A stretch of 44,235 nucleotides of DNA from Octopus bimaculoides (lineage: Eukaryota): contig NC_068982.1 in the NCBI RefSeq assembly GCF_001194135.2, positions 28,405,255-28,449,489 of the forward strand, read 5' to 3'. The notes beneath the pieces were generated by a model that saw only the letters and a program-made list of their open reading frames with translations, did no database searches and was not told where the DNA came from. The position numbers and the translations under genes were made by a program. Shown here in pieces: positions 23,418-34,629 of the stretch (the first letter of the stretch is position 1; every line of letters starts with the position of its first letter).

Positions 23418-24119
23418 GAAGGAGTGCTGAAAAGGTCCTGGCTTTGGGCAAAAGAAAGTACAGGAGGATCAGTTAATTATGATTTTATAAAACACTAGCT
23501 TAAAAGCCGCACTCTGTGCGGACCTTTAAGCTAGCTTCTGTGGAGGGCTAATTAGTCCTGCAGCCCCAAACTAAAGATAGTTAAGTAGCATGACTGTAAT
23601 ACGTCTGTAATGATTATATCACGCGGCGGTGTTTGATCAGAGGTTAAGGACGGATGAGAATTAATTCTATAATGCAATCATTCTATTGTTCCAATCTCAA
23701 ACTGAATTCCAACAGTTGGCCAATTTGTCCCAAAGTTTTTCTCTCGACGTAAAATTAACGAAGCGAATGTCATTTATCTCCCCATTGATCTCTGCTGTCA
23801 TCTGACAAAGGCCACCCAAGATGGCGTGAATCGGCCAGGCTTTACCTGCAAGAAATAGCAACCCAAATACTTTTAAATCAGATCCCATTGCTGTATGTTC
23901 AAGAACGAAATGAAGGGCTGATTTTCAATCCCGGAATCATCCTGATTCCAAAATGGTATAACATGTCTATGTAGAGCATTGGTAGACTGAGATACAGGAA
24001 TCCCTGATGGACACGCAGAATTTCGCTTTTATTAATATAGATAATCTCCTCTGAGAGTCATACAATCAGGCCTTTCGCAATACCCTTAAAGTTAGGAAGT
24101 TTTCAGCCCCCGCGTCGTA
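23418..24119 (+). mobile_element. Two halves of the mariner-type MITE (23418-23489 and 24064-24119) separated by about 570 bp of unrelated DNA
   Basis: Left gtgctgaaaaggtcctggctttggg...gattttat; right aggcctttcgcaatacccttaaagttaggaagttttcagcccccgcgtcgTA. Confidence 0.7.
23846..23890 (-). CDS. Candidate symmetric (phase 1/1) 45-nt exon
   Basis: Acceptor cttcatttcgttcttgaacatacAG| and donor CAG|GTAAAG; reads (A)MGSDLKVFGLLFLA(A) in frame with the flanking candidate exons. Confidence 0.3.
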
Positions 24120-25115
24120 TATGTATANNNNNNNNNNNNNNNNNNNNNNNNNNNNNNNNNNNNNNNNNNNNNNNNNNNNNNNNNNNNNNNNNNNNNNNNN
24201 NNNNNNNNNNNNNNNNNNNNNNNNNNNNNNNNNNNNNNNNNNNNNNNNNNNNNNNNNNNNNNNNNNNNNNNNNNNNNNNNNNNNNNNNNNNNNNNNNNNN
24301 NNNNNNNNNNNNNNNNNNNNNNNNNNNNNNNNNNNNNNNNNNNNNNNNNNNNNNNNNNNNNNNNNNNNNNNNNNNNNNNNNNNNNNNNNNNNNNNNNNNN
24401 NNNNNNNNNNNNNNNNNNNNNNNNNNNNNNNNNNNNNNNNNNNNNNNNNNNNNNNNNNNNNNNNNNNNNNNNNNNNNNNNNNNNNNNNNNNNNNNNNNNN
24501 NNNNNNNNNNNNNNNNNNNNNNNNNNNNNNNNNNNNNNNNNNNNNNNNNNNNNNNNNNNNNNNNNNNNNNNNNNNNNNNNNNNNNNNNNNNNNNNNNNNN
24601 NNNNNNNNNNNNNNNNNNNNNNNNNNNNNNNNNNNNNNNNNNNNNNNNNNNNNNNNNNNNNNNNNNNNNNNNNNNNNNNNNNNNNNNNNNNNNNNNNNNN
24701 NNNNNNNNNNNNNNNNNNNNNNNNNNNNNNNNNNNNNNNNNNNNNNNNNNNNNNNNNNNNNNNNNNNNNNNNNNNNNNNNNNNNNNNNNNNNNNNNNNNN
24801 NNNNNNNNNNNNNNNNNNNNNNNNNNNNNNNNNNNNNNNNNNNNNNNNNNNNNNNNNNNNNNNNNNNNNNNNNNNNNNNNNNNNNNNNNNNNNNNNNNNN
24901 NNNNNNNNNNNNNNNNNNNNNNNNNNNNNNNNNNNNNNNNNNNNNNNNNNNNNNNNNNNNNNNNNNNNNNNNNNNNNNNNNNNNNNNNNNNNNNNNNNNN
25001 NNNNNNNNNNNNNNNNNNNNNNNNNNNNNNNNNNNNNNNNNNNNNNNNNNNNNNNNNNNNNNNNNNNNNNNNNNNNNNNNNNNNNNNNNNNNNNNNNNNN
25101 NNNNNNNNNNNNNNN

Positions 25116-25163
<48 letters not shown>

Positions 25164-25420
25164 TGTATGTATTTATATATTTACATACATACGATCACAG
25201 AAACTGACACAAACACACACATATATATGTGTGTGTATGTATACACACACTCACACACCCGCCACACACACACACACCCGCCACACACACACACACACAC
25301 ACACGCATAGGTTTGTATAGAGAACCGCGGACAGATATACACATAGACAGACTCACTTATAAAATACTAAATACGCACAGACGTACATAACGTATCGTGT
25401 ATAGCAACACATGCATACAT

Positions 25421-25475
25421 ATATACATACATACATACATACATACATACATACATGCATGCATACATACATACA

Positions 25476-25503
<28 letters not shown>
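25421..25503. repeat. (CATA)n microsatellite
   Basis: Seen directly. Confidence 0.95.
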
Positions 25504-25508
<5 letters not shown>

Positions 25509-25924
25509 TCCTTGAATATAATATTCATACACTTTACGTCACAATGTGTTTTTACTCATTACTAGTTAAGGAAAGGCGTTTTTTGTCAGGGAAATTCTAA
25601 GTTAGTAATAACAGTTATCATACTGCTTATCTATGAGTTTTCCTGTATGAATAGTTAAATATCAAAGCTGCAATATGTCTGCGAACAATTATTCACATGC
25701 ACCGGAGAAAAGATGCTTATCTCTCCGGAAAAAAACTTTCAGCCACCTACTTATATGCGTCAAGTTAACTAAGTGTATTTTGTCACGCTTACCGAACTAG
25801 CATTTTCATGTGTTTAACTTATATGATTAGCATTGCACACAGACTTACATTGGCATATAAATATGCACACATATACATGTGGAGGTGCTGTCACACACAT
25901 GCACTCATTTGTGCATATTTTGCA

Positions 25925-25960
<36 letters not shown>

Positions 25961-26687
25961 NNNNNNNNNNNNNNNNNNNNNNNNNNNNNNNNNNNNNNNN
26001 NNNNNNNNNNNNNNNNNNNNNNNNNNNNNNNNNNNNNNNNNNNNNNNNNNNNNNNNNNNNNNNNNNNNNNNNNNNNNNNNNNNNNNNNNNNNNNNNNNNN
26101 NNNNNNNNNNNNNNNNNNNNNNNNNNNNNNNNNNNNNNNNNNNNNNNNNNNNNNNNNNNNNNNNNNNNNNNNNNNNNNNNNNNNNNNNNNNNNNNNNNNN
26201 NNNNNNNNNNNNNNNNNNNNNNNNNNNNNNNNNNNNNNNNNNNNNNNNNNNNNNNNNNNNNNNNNNNNNNNNNNNNNNNNNNNNNNNNNNNNNNNNNNNN
26301 NNNNNNNNNNNNNNNNNNNNNNNNNNNNNNNNNNNNNNNNNNNNNNNNNNNNNNNNNNNNNNNNNNNNNNNNNNNNNNNNNNNNNNNNNNNNNNNNNNNN
26401 NNNNNNNNNNNNNNNNNNNNNNNNNNNNNNNNNNNNNNNNNNNNNNNNNNNNNNNNNNNNNNNNNNNNNNNNNNNNNNNNNNNNNNNNNNNNNNNNNNNN
26501 NNNNNNNNNNNNNNNNNNNNNNNNNNNNNNNNNNNNNNNNNNNNNNNNNNNNNNNNNNNNNNNNNNNNNNNNNNNNNNNNNNNNNNNNNNNNNNNNNNNN
26601 NNNNNNNNNNNNNNNNNNNNNNNNNNNNNNNNNNNNNNNNNNNNNNNNNNNNNNNNNNNNNNNNNNNNNNNNNTATATATGTAAATC

Positions 26688-26892
26688 GTATGTGACAATT
26701 ATTCGGTAGCCATGATAAAACTCCGAGTTTCGGATGTCGGGGAGGAAACCCACGCCGCCATCTCAGTTATCTGGCCATCGAAAAAATGCATTTTTTCGAT
26801 GGCCAGATAGCTGAAGAGATGGCGGCGTGGGTTTCCTCCCCGACATCCGAAACTCGGAGCTTTATCATGGCTACCGAATAATTGTCACATAC
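26688..26892. repeat. Loop-less 205-bp palindrome (fold-back)
   Basis: Arms 26688-26788 and 26789-26892 are reverse complements, centred on AAAAAATG^CATTTTTT, with 2 substitutions and one 3-nt indel. Confidence 0.95.
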
Positions 26893-27169
26893 TATTTACA
26901 AATAAATTCCTCTATTTACATAATATGGAGGTCTTTTTCTTTTTTTGTTGTCTTACCTTTTCTATCAATATATATATATACATACACGATTTGCATCGCA
27001 GAAGTTTTGACACTTTTGAGGAGAGGCAATTATAACTCTTCTACATCATTTAAATTTTAGAATATCGTTACTATACCTCTTATAAGATGACCAGCTAACC
27101 TTTTTGTTTTTATTCTATGCTGAAGGAGATGAGTGCAGCAGCACTTTGAACACATCCTACAAAACACCG

Positions 27170-27790
27170 TGTGTCACAGGTGACTAGGTTGCTGAATGCA
27201 GTCAGAACGTGAAGACACTTTGGAACCTCGCTATGCAATAAAGCTTTGTGTTGAAGTGGGCAAAGACGCTACAGAAGCTCATGAACTACTCCAGACTGCT
27301 TATGGGCTAACTAGTATGTGTTGAGCATCTATTTTTCGCTGGAACAAGAGGTTCAAGATAGGCGAAGAGGAGGTGAGAGACGATGAGTTGGAGAAGAGGG
27401 AGAGGGACGTCAGAATATCAGAGCTGGTTGAGAAAAATCGCTAGTTTCTGGATGAAGACCGACGTCTGCCTATAAAGACAATAAACATACGCTGGAAACT
27501 GTGTATAGAATTATTCACGAAGATCTGAACATGCGCAAAATTTGTGCAAAGTTTTTTCCCAGGGTGCTCAGTGACGAAGAGGAGGAAAGACGCGTTGGTG
27601 ACGGTAGAGAGATAGTTGGTGACGGTAAGGAGATAGTCTAAGAGTACTTCAGTCTCAGGTGATCTATGACAAAAGTTGGATCTACTGTTATGACCCAGAG
27701 ACCAAGAGACAGAGTGCCCAGTGGGAGCCTCCTGATTCCACCCCAGACACCAAAATGGCCAGCCAAAGCAAGTCCACCGAGAACACATTT
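27170..27790 (+). mobile_element. Mariner transposase 5' remnant
   Basis: LEPRYAIKLCVEVGKDATEAHELLQTAYG, EDLNMRKICAKFFPRVL and DKSWIYCYDPETKRQSAQW; truncated before the second catalytic D. Confidence 0.88.
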
Positions 27791-27794
27791 CAAA

Positions 27795-27888
27795 CTCTTC
27801 TTCTTCTTCTTCTTCTTCTTCTTCTTCTTCTTCTTCTTCTTCTTCTTCTTCTTCTTCTTCTTCTTCTTCTTCTTCTTCTTCTTCTTCT

Positions 27889-27913
<25 letters not shown>
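27795..27913. repeat. Compound (TTC)n(GTC)n microsatellite
   Basis: Seen directly, at the mariner truncation point. Confidence 0.95.
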
Positions 27914-27919
<6 letters not shown>

Positions 27920-30047
27920 ATGTTCCACCTTACTTTTTCTCCTTTATATTTCTCTTATGTTCCCTTTTGTTCTGAATATTTTTTAGAACACTAAAAAGCC
28001 ACTCTAACATTTACACACGTGGTCTTCTAAGAACGAAAGATAAAAAAAACCCAAAAAAAAACCCCAAAAAGAGAACTCAGCGGACAATGACTGTCTCTAT
28101 ATATACAAATAATATTATGCCACCTTTTCTCGCTATTTCCCAGTACTTTCTATGTCTTCTTTGGTTTTGCTTCATCTTTGTATAAATTTCCGCTTTCCCG
28201 TAATCTTTTGTACCACTTTAAAAAGACTTCTGAACACCTATACAAATAGACGTCTAAAAGGAACCTGAACATACTATACAATATGTACAATGACAGACTG
28301 TATGTCAGCAAAAATTATGTAACCTAATTGCTTTATATCTTACTATTTTATACTTCATCAATTTATCAAATGCCTTACATTACATGCTTCTAACCACTTT
28401 CTTCTAAAAAAAATTAACAGTACACCTAATCGTTATTCACGAGTGAGTATGATAATAGAAAAAAATGCTTTCGGCTTTTTCGATTCCAAATGGTTTTTCA
28501 ACTCTTTGGAATATTTACATGCTGGTGTTTACTACGAGGCACACATAAAGCTATCATAACTTAATGTGTGCTTCGAGATCCGCTATTCAAAAAAAAAAGA
28601 ACCAAACAAAAAACCCCAGAAAAATCACGTTCTCTCGAAAGTTTATAAAATTCCTATTGCCTCAACTGTCTGTCTGTCTATCTATCTACCCGCCTGCCTG
28701 CTTGTTTGTCATTCTGTCCCTTTTGAAAATCTAATATAGGCAAGAAATGAAAGATTTTTGTCAACTTAAGACGACAATGTTTTCGAAAAAGATATAGGTT
28801 CAAATAAGTATAATTTTAAAAAGCTGTGGGAGAGAAAAATGAACTAGGTTTCAAATGGCTCATAGAAGTACAATACGAATGTACATTTTATTTTTACGCT
28901 CGTCATGAATCAATACAAACATGTCTTAAATGTTTTACACCTTTCATATAATGTTATCGTGAATTGGATGCTTGTAGAATTTTGCGTACATATGTTAATC
29001 TTGCATCTGGCTGATTTACAACATTGAAATACTACTTATGGTGCTTAAATTTATGATAATAATGTCTAGTGGCTAACTTTTTGTATATATAAATGAATCC
29101 TCATATCGATTACTAAATATCGACCAAACTATATATTTTATCGTGCTTCTTCAAAATACATATAAACGTCCATTATTTTCAACTCATTATTTAACTACTT
29201 CGAGGAAAAAAAACTTATGCTGTAACTCAAGTTAATTTTATGGATAGACTGAATTTTTCAGACTTTTGTGCAAAGAGAAGAAACAATTTGTGACGTTCAT
29301 GCGTATTCTAAGATGTAGTACATAGTTTAAAAATAAAATAAAAATAATCCGTCGCTGGATTCAAGTTTCTATTTTGAAAAGAAATTTAATTAAAATTCTC
29401 TTCCCTCATTAAAAACGCATTGATAACATTTTCTCTTAATGTTTTATGAGCCAGTCATCTTTATGCAATTTGTTGCAAAGTATAAAAAAAACCCTGTTGA
29501 TATGGCAGTATTGATAATGTGGCCGTGAGGTTAACATGGTTGTAAAGATAATATTGCTTATATGGATAGTATGACTGATAGCATGTCTACAGTGATGAAC
29601 TAACTGCGATAACATGCTAGAACCGATAAACTGATTGTTACCACTGGCTGTGTGCGTTTCTACATGGATTGCCTGATTAAGATATTGATCTGCATCATAA
29701 AGCTGTGCAAATATTAAAGATGCATAAATTATAAGGTTCTGACTAATGTGGATACTCAAAGAATCTTGTGCCGTTGCATTTTGAATAGGGTCAATCCTAA
29801 TTGAGTATAACTTTGATAAAACAGCGTTCAAGCTGTAAGTTTCTAATCTCTTTTTTAAAGTATAGTGTATCTATCACTATGAATACATACATTGTCTTCT
29901 ATTTTAAACACAGCAGAGTGTGTTTTGAGAGGTATTTAGTTATTATTTCTTGCAATCGGATAGAAGCACTCTCATCAGCACTAAATACAAACTCTGTACA
30001 TTACTGCCGTGAGTGTCCATTATAAATATTTCATATTGTGCACTTAC

Positions 30048-30108
30048 CATTTATCACTTCCAGTGCCGCGAGTGTACACGTCGGCGACCGTGGAGCCTCA
30101 AGTGAAGA
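30048..30108 (-). CDS. Candidate internal coding exon (61 nt, phase 0 to phase 1)
   Basis: Acceptor atgaattttttAG| and donor G|GTAAGT; CpG-containing island; only one open frame, SSLEAPRSPTCTLAALEVIN. Confidence 0.5.
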
Positions 30109-31397
30109 CTAAAAAATTCATGACTTTTCTTGGAGAACATACAACAGTGATTTCTTGTTACCGTCTACAGATTTATTTACAGTCTACTCCTGAACTTTGA
30201 GGCTGAGGGACTATTTAACCATCAAGTAGGGATACCAGTTCCCGTGACTTAGAACATGTCCGCACATTGGTGGGCCTGTGTGGCACGTGTCTAAGTGTTA
30301 GCTCCCTTCTGATTCTTGTATGTCTTAGATGCAGATCCTTCTCATAACTGGGGCCTTTACCGTTATGTGACCTCGGGTCAGAGCGAAGTCTGAAAGTAGT
30401 AGTGACTAATGTGGGGCAACTCCATACTTTCTAGAACTCCTGAACTTCCGAACGAGATGCAGTTAAATATTTATGTTTAACTAGAGCAAAACATTTACAC
30501 TGATAAGTTAGCCCTTTTTCGTTTGTCAACTTGACTAGATACTCTATGCAGATATAACTCAAGGATTGTATAGTTATAAAGATATACAGTTTTAACTGGT
30601 TTTATGTGCTATATGTTTCAGCTTAAACTCCATACTTCTTCTGTTACATGTTGAACCAGACGGTTAGTAATTTCTGTCGCACGTAAATAACAATTATATG
30701 AAGTATGTTTGCTTTAGTTGAGTATGCAGATAAGATAGTGTTTACAGAGAGAGATAAAATGATAAGACAACTTGCTCAAGTAGGTTCTATGTATGCAACT
30801 CAAATGTTCTGAATGAAATAATTACCAAATAACCTTATATTTGTGTTAAGTGGTGAACCGTTTTACTAGTGGGTTTTTCGACTCTGGAGAAGTATCGTAC
30901 TATAATCCTTTCATTGTGTTCTTGGTATAAAATCTGATATTAGACTCTAAGCTATATTTATAGCTCAGCTGTTAACATTATTATAATAATTTAACCAAGT
31001 AAAGAATTAAACGTTAAGAAACAAAAAAGTATACTGATAAAAAAACAAAACAAAACAAGACACTTCTATGTTGCAACTGCGTGTCTGTCATTGTCTATGG
31101 AAGACAGAAGAAGCCTATATGTTATAATTTCATAATTGAAAATCAACAGAAAACAGAGACAATAATATTTAGGGAAACATATAATATTCATGTGGTTTTG
31201 TTTTAGTTAATTGCTATGATTAAAGTTAGCCATGTTTAAGAACTACAAAAAAAAAAAAAAAGAAAAAATATTTAGAACAGAGGAATGAGAATTTAGTATA
31301 TATAACTGTAAACACTTTATTGACTTAATTCATACTGGTGTGATGTTATGACACATATAGACATATCTCAAACATACTTTTATATAGACATAGACAG

Positions 31398-32040
31398 CAC
31401 TGGGTAACATTTTCGCAAAAAAAGTCTTTGTTGCCTTGCATTTTACAATTAGTCCTACCTAATTCGATGTGCTTAGGTTTAGAAATACCCTAAGAAATCT
31501 TCTTAGGATATTTGTGTCAAACAGGAATTCATTTCTTTTTTTTTTTACCAAAAATGTCAATTTTGCCATTAAATGCAATACTGAAATAAGAAACTAACAC
31601 AAACCAAATAGTACTTTTTATTGCTTAACAAATAATTATAAATTTTATGATAGACATCTCTGTCAAACTGGAGTTTCAACCACTAAAGGAACGAACTTTC
31701 TCTTGTTACCTGGCGTGAATAATTTGCATCACGATAATCCCTTTACAGATTCCAGCAGTACTCAGCCATGCTTGCGCCCCACCTGCCGTGATACTTAGCT
31801 TTCATAGTCCTGCTGTCTTGGCGGAATCTTTCTCCTTGCTCATCACTTATTGCACTATGATGTTCAGGAAAGTAGTTAAGATGGTTGCGCAGGAAATACA
31901 TTTTAACAGTTCTGTTGCAACTCAGCGATCGAAAACTGGTTAACAGGGCCAGTACAATTTCTTTCGGTGCACCATTGCCTTAATGTTCAACGTAACCGGT
32001 GCACCATTGCCTTAATGTTCAGGATGTCGGCTCTCCTCAA
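31398..32040 (-). mobile_element. Chapaev3-like (CMC) DNA transposon 3' fragment
   Basis: Minus frame KMYFLRNHLNYFPEHHSAISDEQGERFRQDSRTMKAKYHGRWGASMAEYCWNL matches the HLD.FP...SDE.GERFHQDI...YQGRW....DYCW motif I recall from Chapaev3 transposases; terminus CACTGGGTAAC at 31398. Family name is from recall. Confidence 0.7.
31965..32021. repeat. 25-bp direct repeat, period 32
   Basis: cggtgcaccattgccttaatgttca x2. Confidence 0.9.
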
Positions 32041-32060
32041 GACACGTGCGTACATACATA

Positions 32061-32269
32061 CGAGGGGTTGTGGTAAAGTTCCTGGTTGCGAGTAAAAGAA
32101 AATACAGGAGGATCAATTAAATATGATTTTATTCAACATATTCCCCTCTCATATTTATTGCAGCGATCCTTCAGTTTTTCTAAGCTTTATAAAGGAACTC
32201 GAAAGGTTGGTCCGCCAGTCAGGCCTTTCGCGATACCCTTAAATTCAGGAAGTTTTCTGTACCACATCG
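32061..32269 (+). mobile_element. Mariner-type MITE
   Basis: TA|cgaggggttgtggtaaagttcctgg ... caggaagttttctgtaccacatcg; same internal sequence as 11797-12012. Confidence 0.85.
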
Positions 32270-32286
32270 TTATACATGCATACATA

Positions 32287-33561
32287 CACAGACATGCAAG
32301 AAGTAAATAGACACCTTTAATTTTCAAAATCTTTTATTTAATACGGAAAGCGAACAATTGAAATGTAATCGATAGGTAGGACTACATACTTTAGTATTTT
32401 GTTGACATTCCCTTTGCAGTTTTTAATTCAGAAACTCTTTTTTGGCATTGTACTGGTGAGCTTTGTGATTGTCTTTCATGGAATTTCTGCTCACTTTTCA
32501 CGCAACAATCGAAACAATTCATCTTTACATTTGGGTTTCTGTCGAGCTTTTCGTATAACTCTATCTAGTATGCTCCAAAGATTTTCAATTGGGTTCATGT
32601 CAGGAGATTGGCTCGGCCAAGGAAGCTTTTGATCCCATTTTCAGTCAGCCATTGTTGATTCCTTTTCGCTGTGTGGCATGAAGCCCCATCTTCCATGAAT
32701 AAAAACTCCTTTTTCGTTATGTTGTCGTGTGAATACATCGGAAGTAGTCCTTGCTTAAGTATTTCGATGTATTTTTCAGAGTTTATGGTTCCAACACATT
32801 CCATCAGTTCAGAACGACCATTGCTGCTGACAGCTCCCCATATCATTACAGAGATGCCGCCATATTTCACAGTTGGTTGAAGTCGTTTCAAATCAAATTC
32901 TTGATTGGGAATCCTCCAGATTCGAACACATCCGCTGTCTGAAAATAATGCAAATCTGGATTCATCTCAGAAAATCACTCTATCCCAAAATGAATTGGAT
33001 TTTTCTGACATCTCCTTAGCCCATTTCTTTCTTTTCATGATATTAATTGGCTGAAGGAGAGGTTTTCTTCTAGCTGCTCGTCCATAATACTCAAGCTTAT
33101 GCAAATATGTACCACACGTTCTTGGACTAACTTCTAGCCGTTTTGCAATGTCAGAAGTTTTCGAACGGGGTTCGTTTTCCAAAATTCTCTTCAAACAGCG
33201 AAGCTTCCTTTCCGAGGGACCAGGTCGGCCGGGACAAGAATCTGCTGATTCTTTTCCTTGGCTTTTGAATTGCACTGTAATTCTATTAACAGTAGCAAGA
33301 GGAATTTGAAGATTTTCGGCAATTTTTCGCTGGTTAAGACCAACCTCAGATTGCCCAACAATGCGACCTCTTTGAAAATCTGACAGTTCTGCTGATTTTT
33401 TTGTGCGTAGCAGGGTTACTCTTCGCAAATGTTTAATATAATGCCATCTGGAATGCAAAAAAATAATTACATTGTAAATTCTACACCACTGAAAACATTG
33501 AGACGCTTAGATAAAAAAATTTGAAAATTAAAGGTGTCTATTTACTTCCTCCATGTCATTG
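32287..33561 (-). mobile_element. Full-length Tc1-like (DD34E) transposon, 1275 bp, inactive transposase
   Basis: About 44-bp TIRs (cacagacatgcaagaagtaaatagacacctttaattttcaaa vs caatgacatggaggaagtaaatagacacctttaattttcaaa), TA on both sides (32285-86, 33562-63). Protein motifs [63 protein letters not shown]. Confidence 0.95.
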
Positions 33562-33591
33562 TACATACATACATACATACATACATACATG

Positions 33592-34140
33592 TAGAGCTGT
33601 GGAAATTAGATGCCCAGCGGATGTTAACATAAAGCTGAAGACCAGGGAAAAAAGAATATCTAAGCTGAACTATTGAGAAATCTGCAGTTACTCTCTCTAT
33701 CCAGATTACAAGTTCAGGTTTCCACCTGTGATTATTGAGGTCTGGGATATGTCTAAATACCAATCCTGAGAAATTAGGCTTCTCAAAACGAGAAAGGAGA
33801 AGGCTAACTCGAATCCAATCCGTCACTAGAACTGTAAAAATCTGTAAAACTTTCCAGAAGTTTATCATTTAAATATAAAGTGCATGTGTGGATATGCAAC
33901 TGTATGCATGAGAATACGTACATAAAGCAAAACATACATATTTGAACATATACATACTTACAAACCTGCACATACATACATACATACATACATACATACA
34001 TACATACATACATACATACATACATACATGCATGCATACATACATACATACATACAAAAATACCCTGTTGTTGATGTTGAAATTTCGATGAAGGAGACTT
34101 GGATCTAGGTTAGAAACCGGCTCTTTATTGGCAAGAAATC
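33592..34140 (+). mobile_element. RLE-type LINE (R4/Dong-like) 3' fragment, copy 1
   Basis: VEIRCPADVNIKLK...AELLRNLQLLS...YKFRFPPVIIEV...EKLGFSK...RTVKICKTFQKFII*; 3' UTR with an internal (CATA)n. Confidence 0.75.
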
Positions 34141-34439
34141 CTGGAATTTATGGGAAAAGAGATTTACGCTAAGGCCTGGAATTTAGAGGAATTTCCCATA
34201 AATTCCAGGTCTTGGCAAAAAATCTTGAAAAATGAAAGACAAAGTAGACCTCAGCAAGATTTCAACTCGAAGTAGAGTCAGCACGAATACCGCCAAGTAT
34301 TCTATCAGTTGCTCAGATGCTTCTACCTAATTGACAGACAGACATACGTACATACAGACAAACAGACATACGTACATACATACATACATACATACATGCA
34401 TACATACATACATACACACTTCACTTCAGTGTAACCACA

Positions 34440-34620
34440 CACGTACTTTTCTTGGACTATTTTTTCCTTCTCTCGGACGATTCCACTTTCTGACGAAGAG
34501 CCATCCTTGAGACGTTATACACCCATACTTTTTTCATTTCACACTGAGCGTCAACCTAATACATTCCATCTGTACATTCTTTTGACTGTTGTTGCTTTTT
34601 TATTTCAATTTTCGATTTTA
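34440..34620 (+). mobile_element. PLE terminal-repeat fragment with degenerate hammerhead (34490-34516)
   Basis: cttt-CTGACGA-AGAGccatccttGAGACGTT followed by ctgagcgtcaacctaata, homologous to the minus strand of 2780-2850. Confidence 0.6.
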
Positions 34621-34629
34621 CATACATTA

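Noticed and set aside
23697-23845. Reading tatttcttgcAG as an acceptor, giving GKAWPIHAILGG...WNSV*
   Set aside because: No good downstream donor. Using the same site as a donor preserves frame with the neighbouring exons, but this alternative terminal exon is not formally excluded.
24103-26753. Long ORFs of 250-460 aa here and at 13573-14139, 20143-20912 and 41977-43371
   Set aside because: They consist of X from N-gaps plus microsatellite translations (YIYI, HTHT, MYVC).
27659-27994. Poly-L, poly-F and poly-K ORFs
   Set aside because: Translations of the (TTC)n(GTC)n microsatellite fused to a mariner remnant.
29436-29831. 131-aa minus-strand ORF
   Set aside because: No recognisable motif and no strong splice sites; one ORF of this length is roughly expected by chance in 44 kb.
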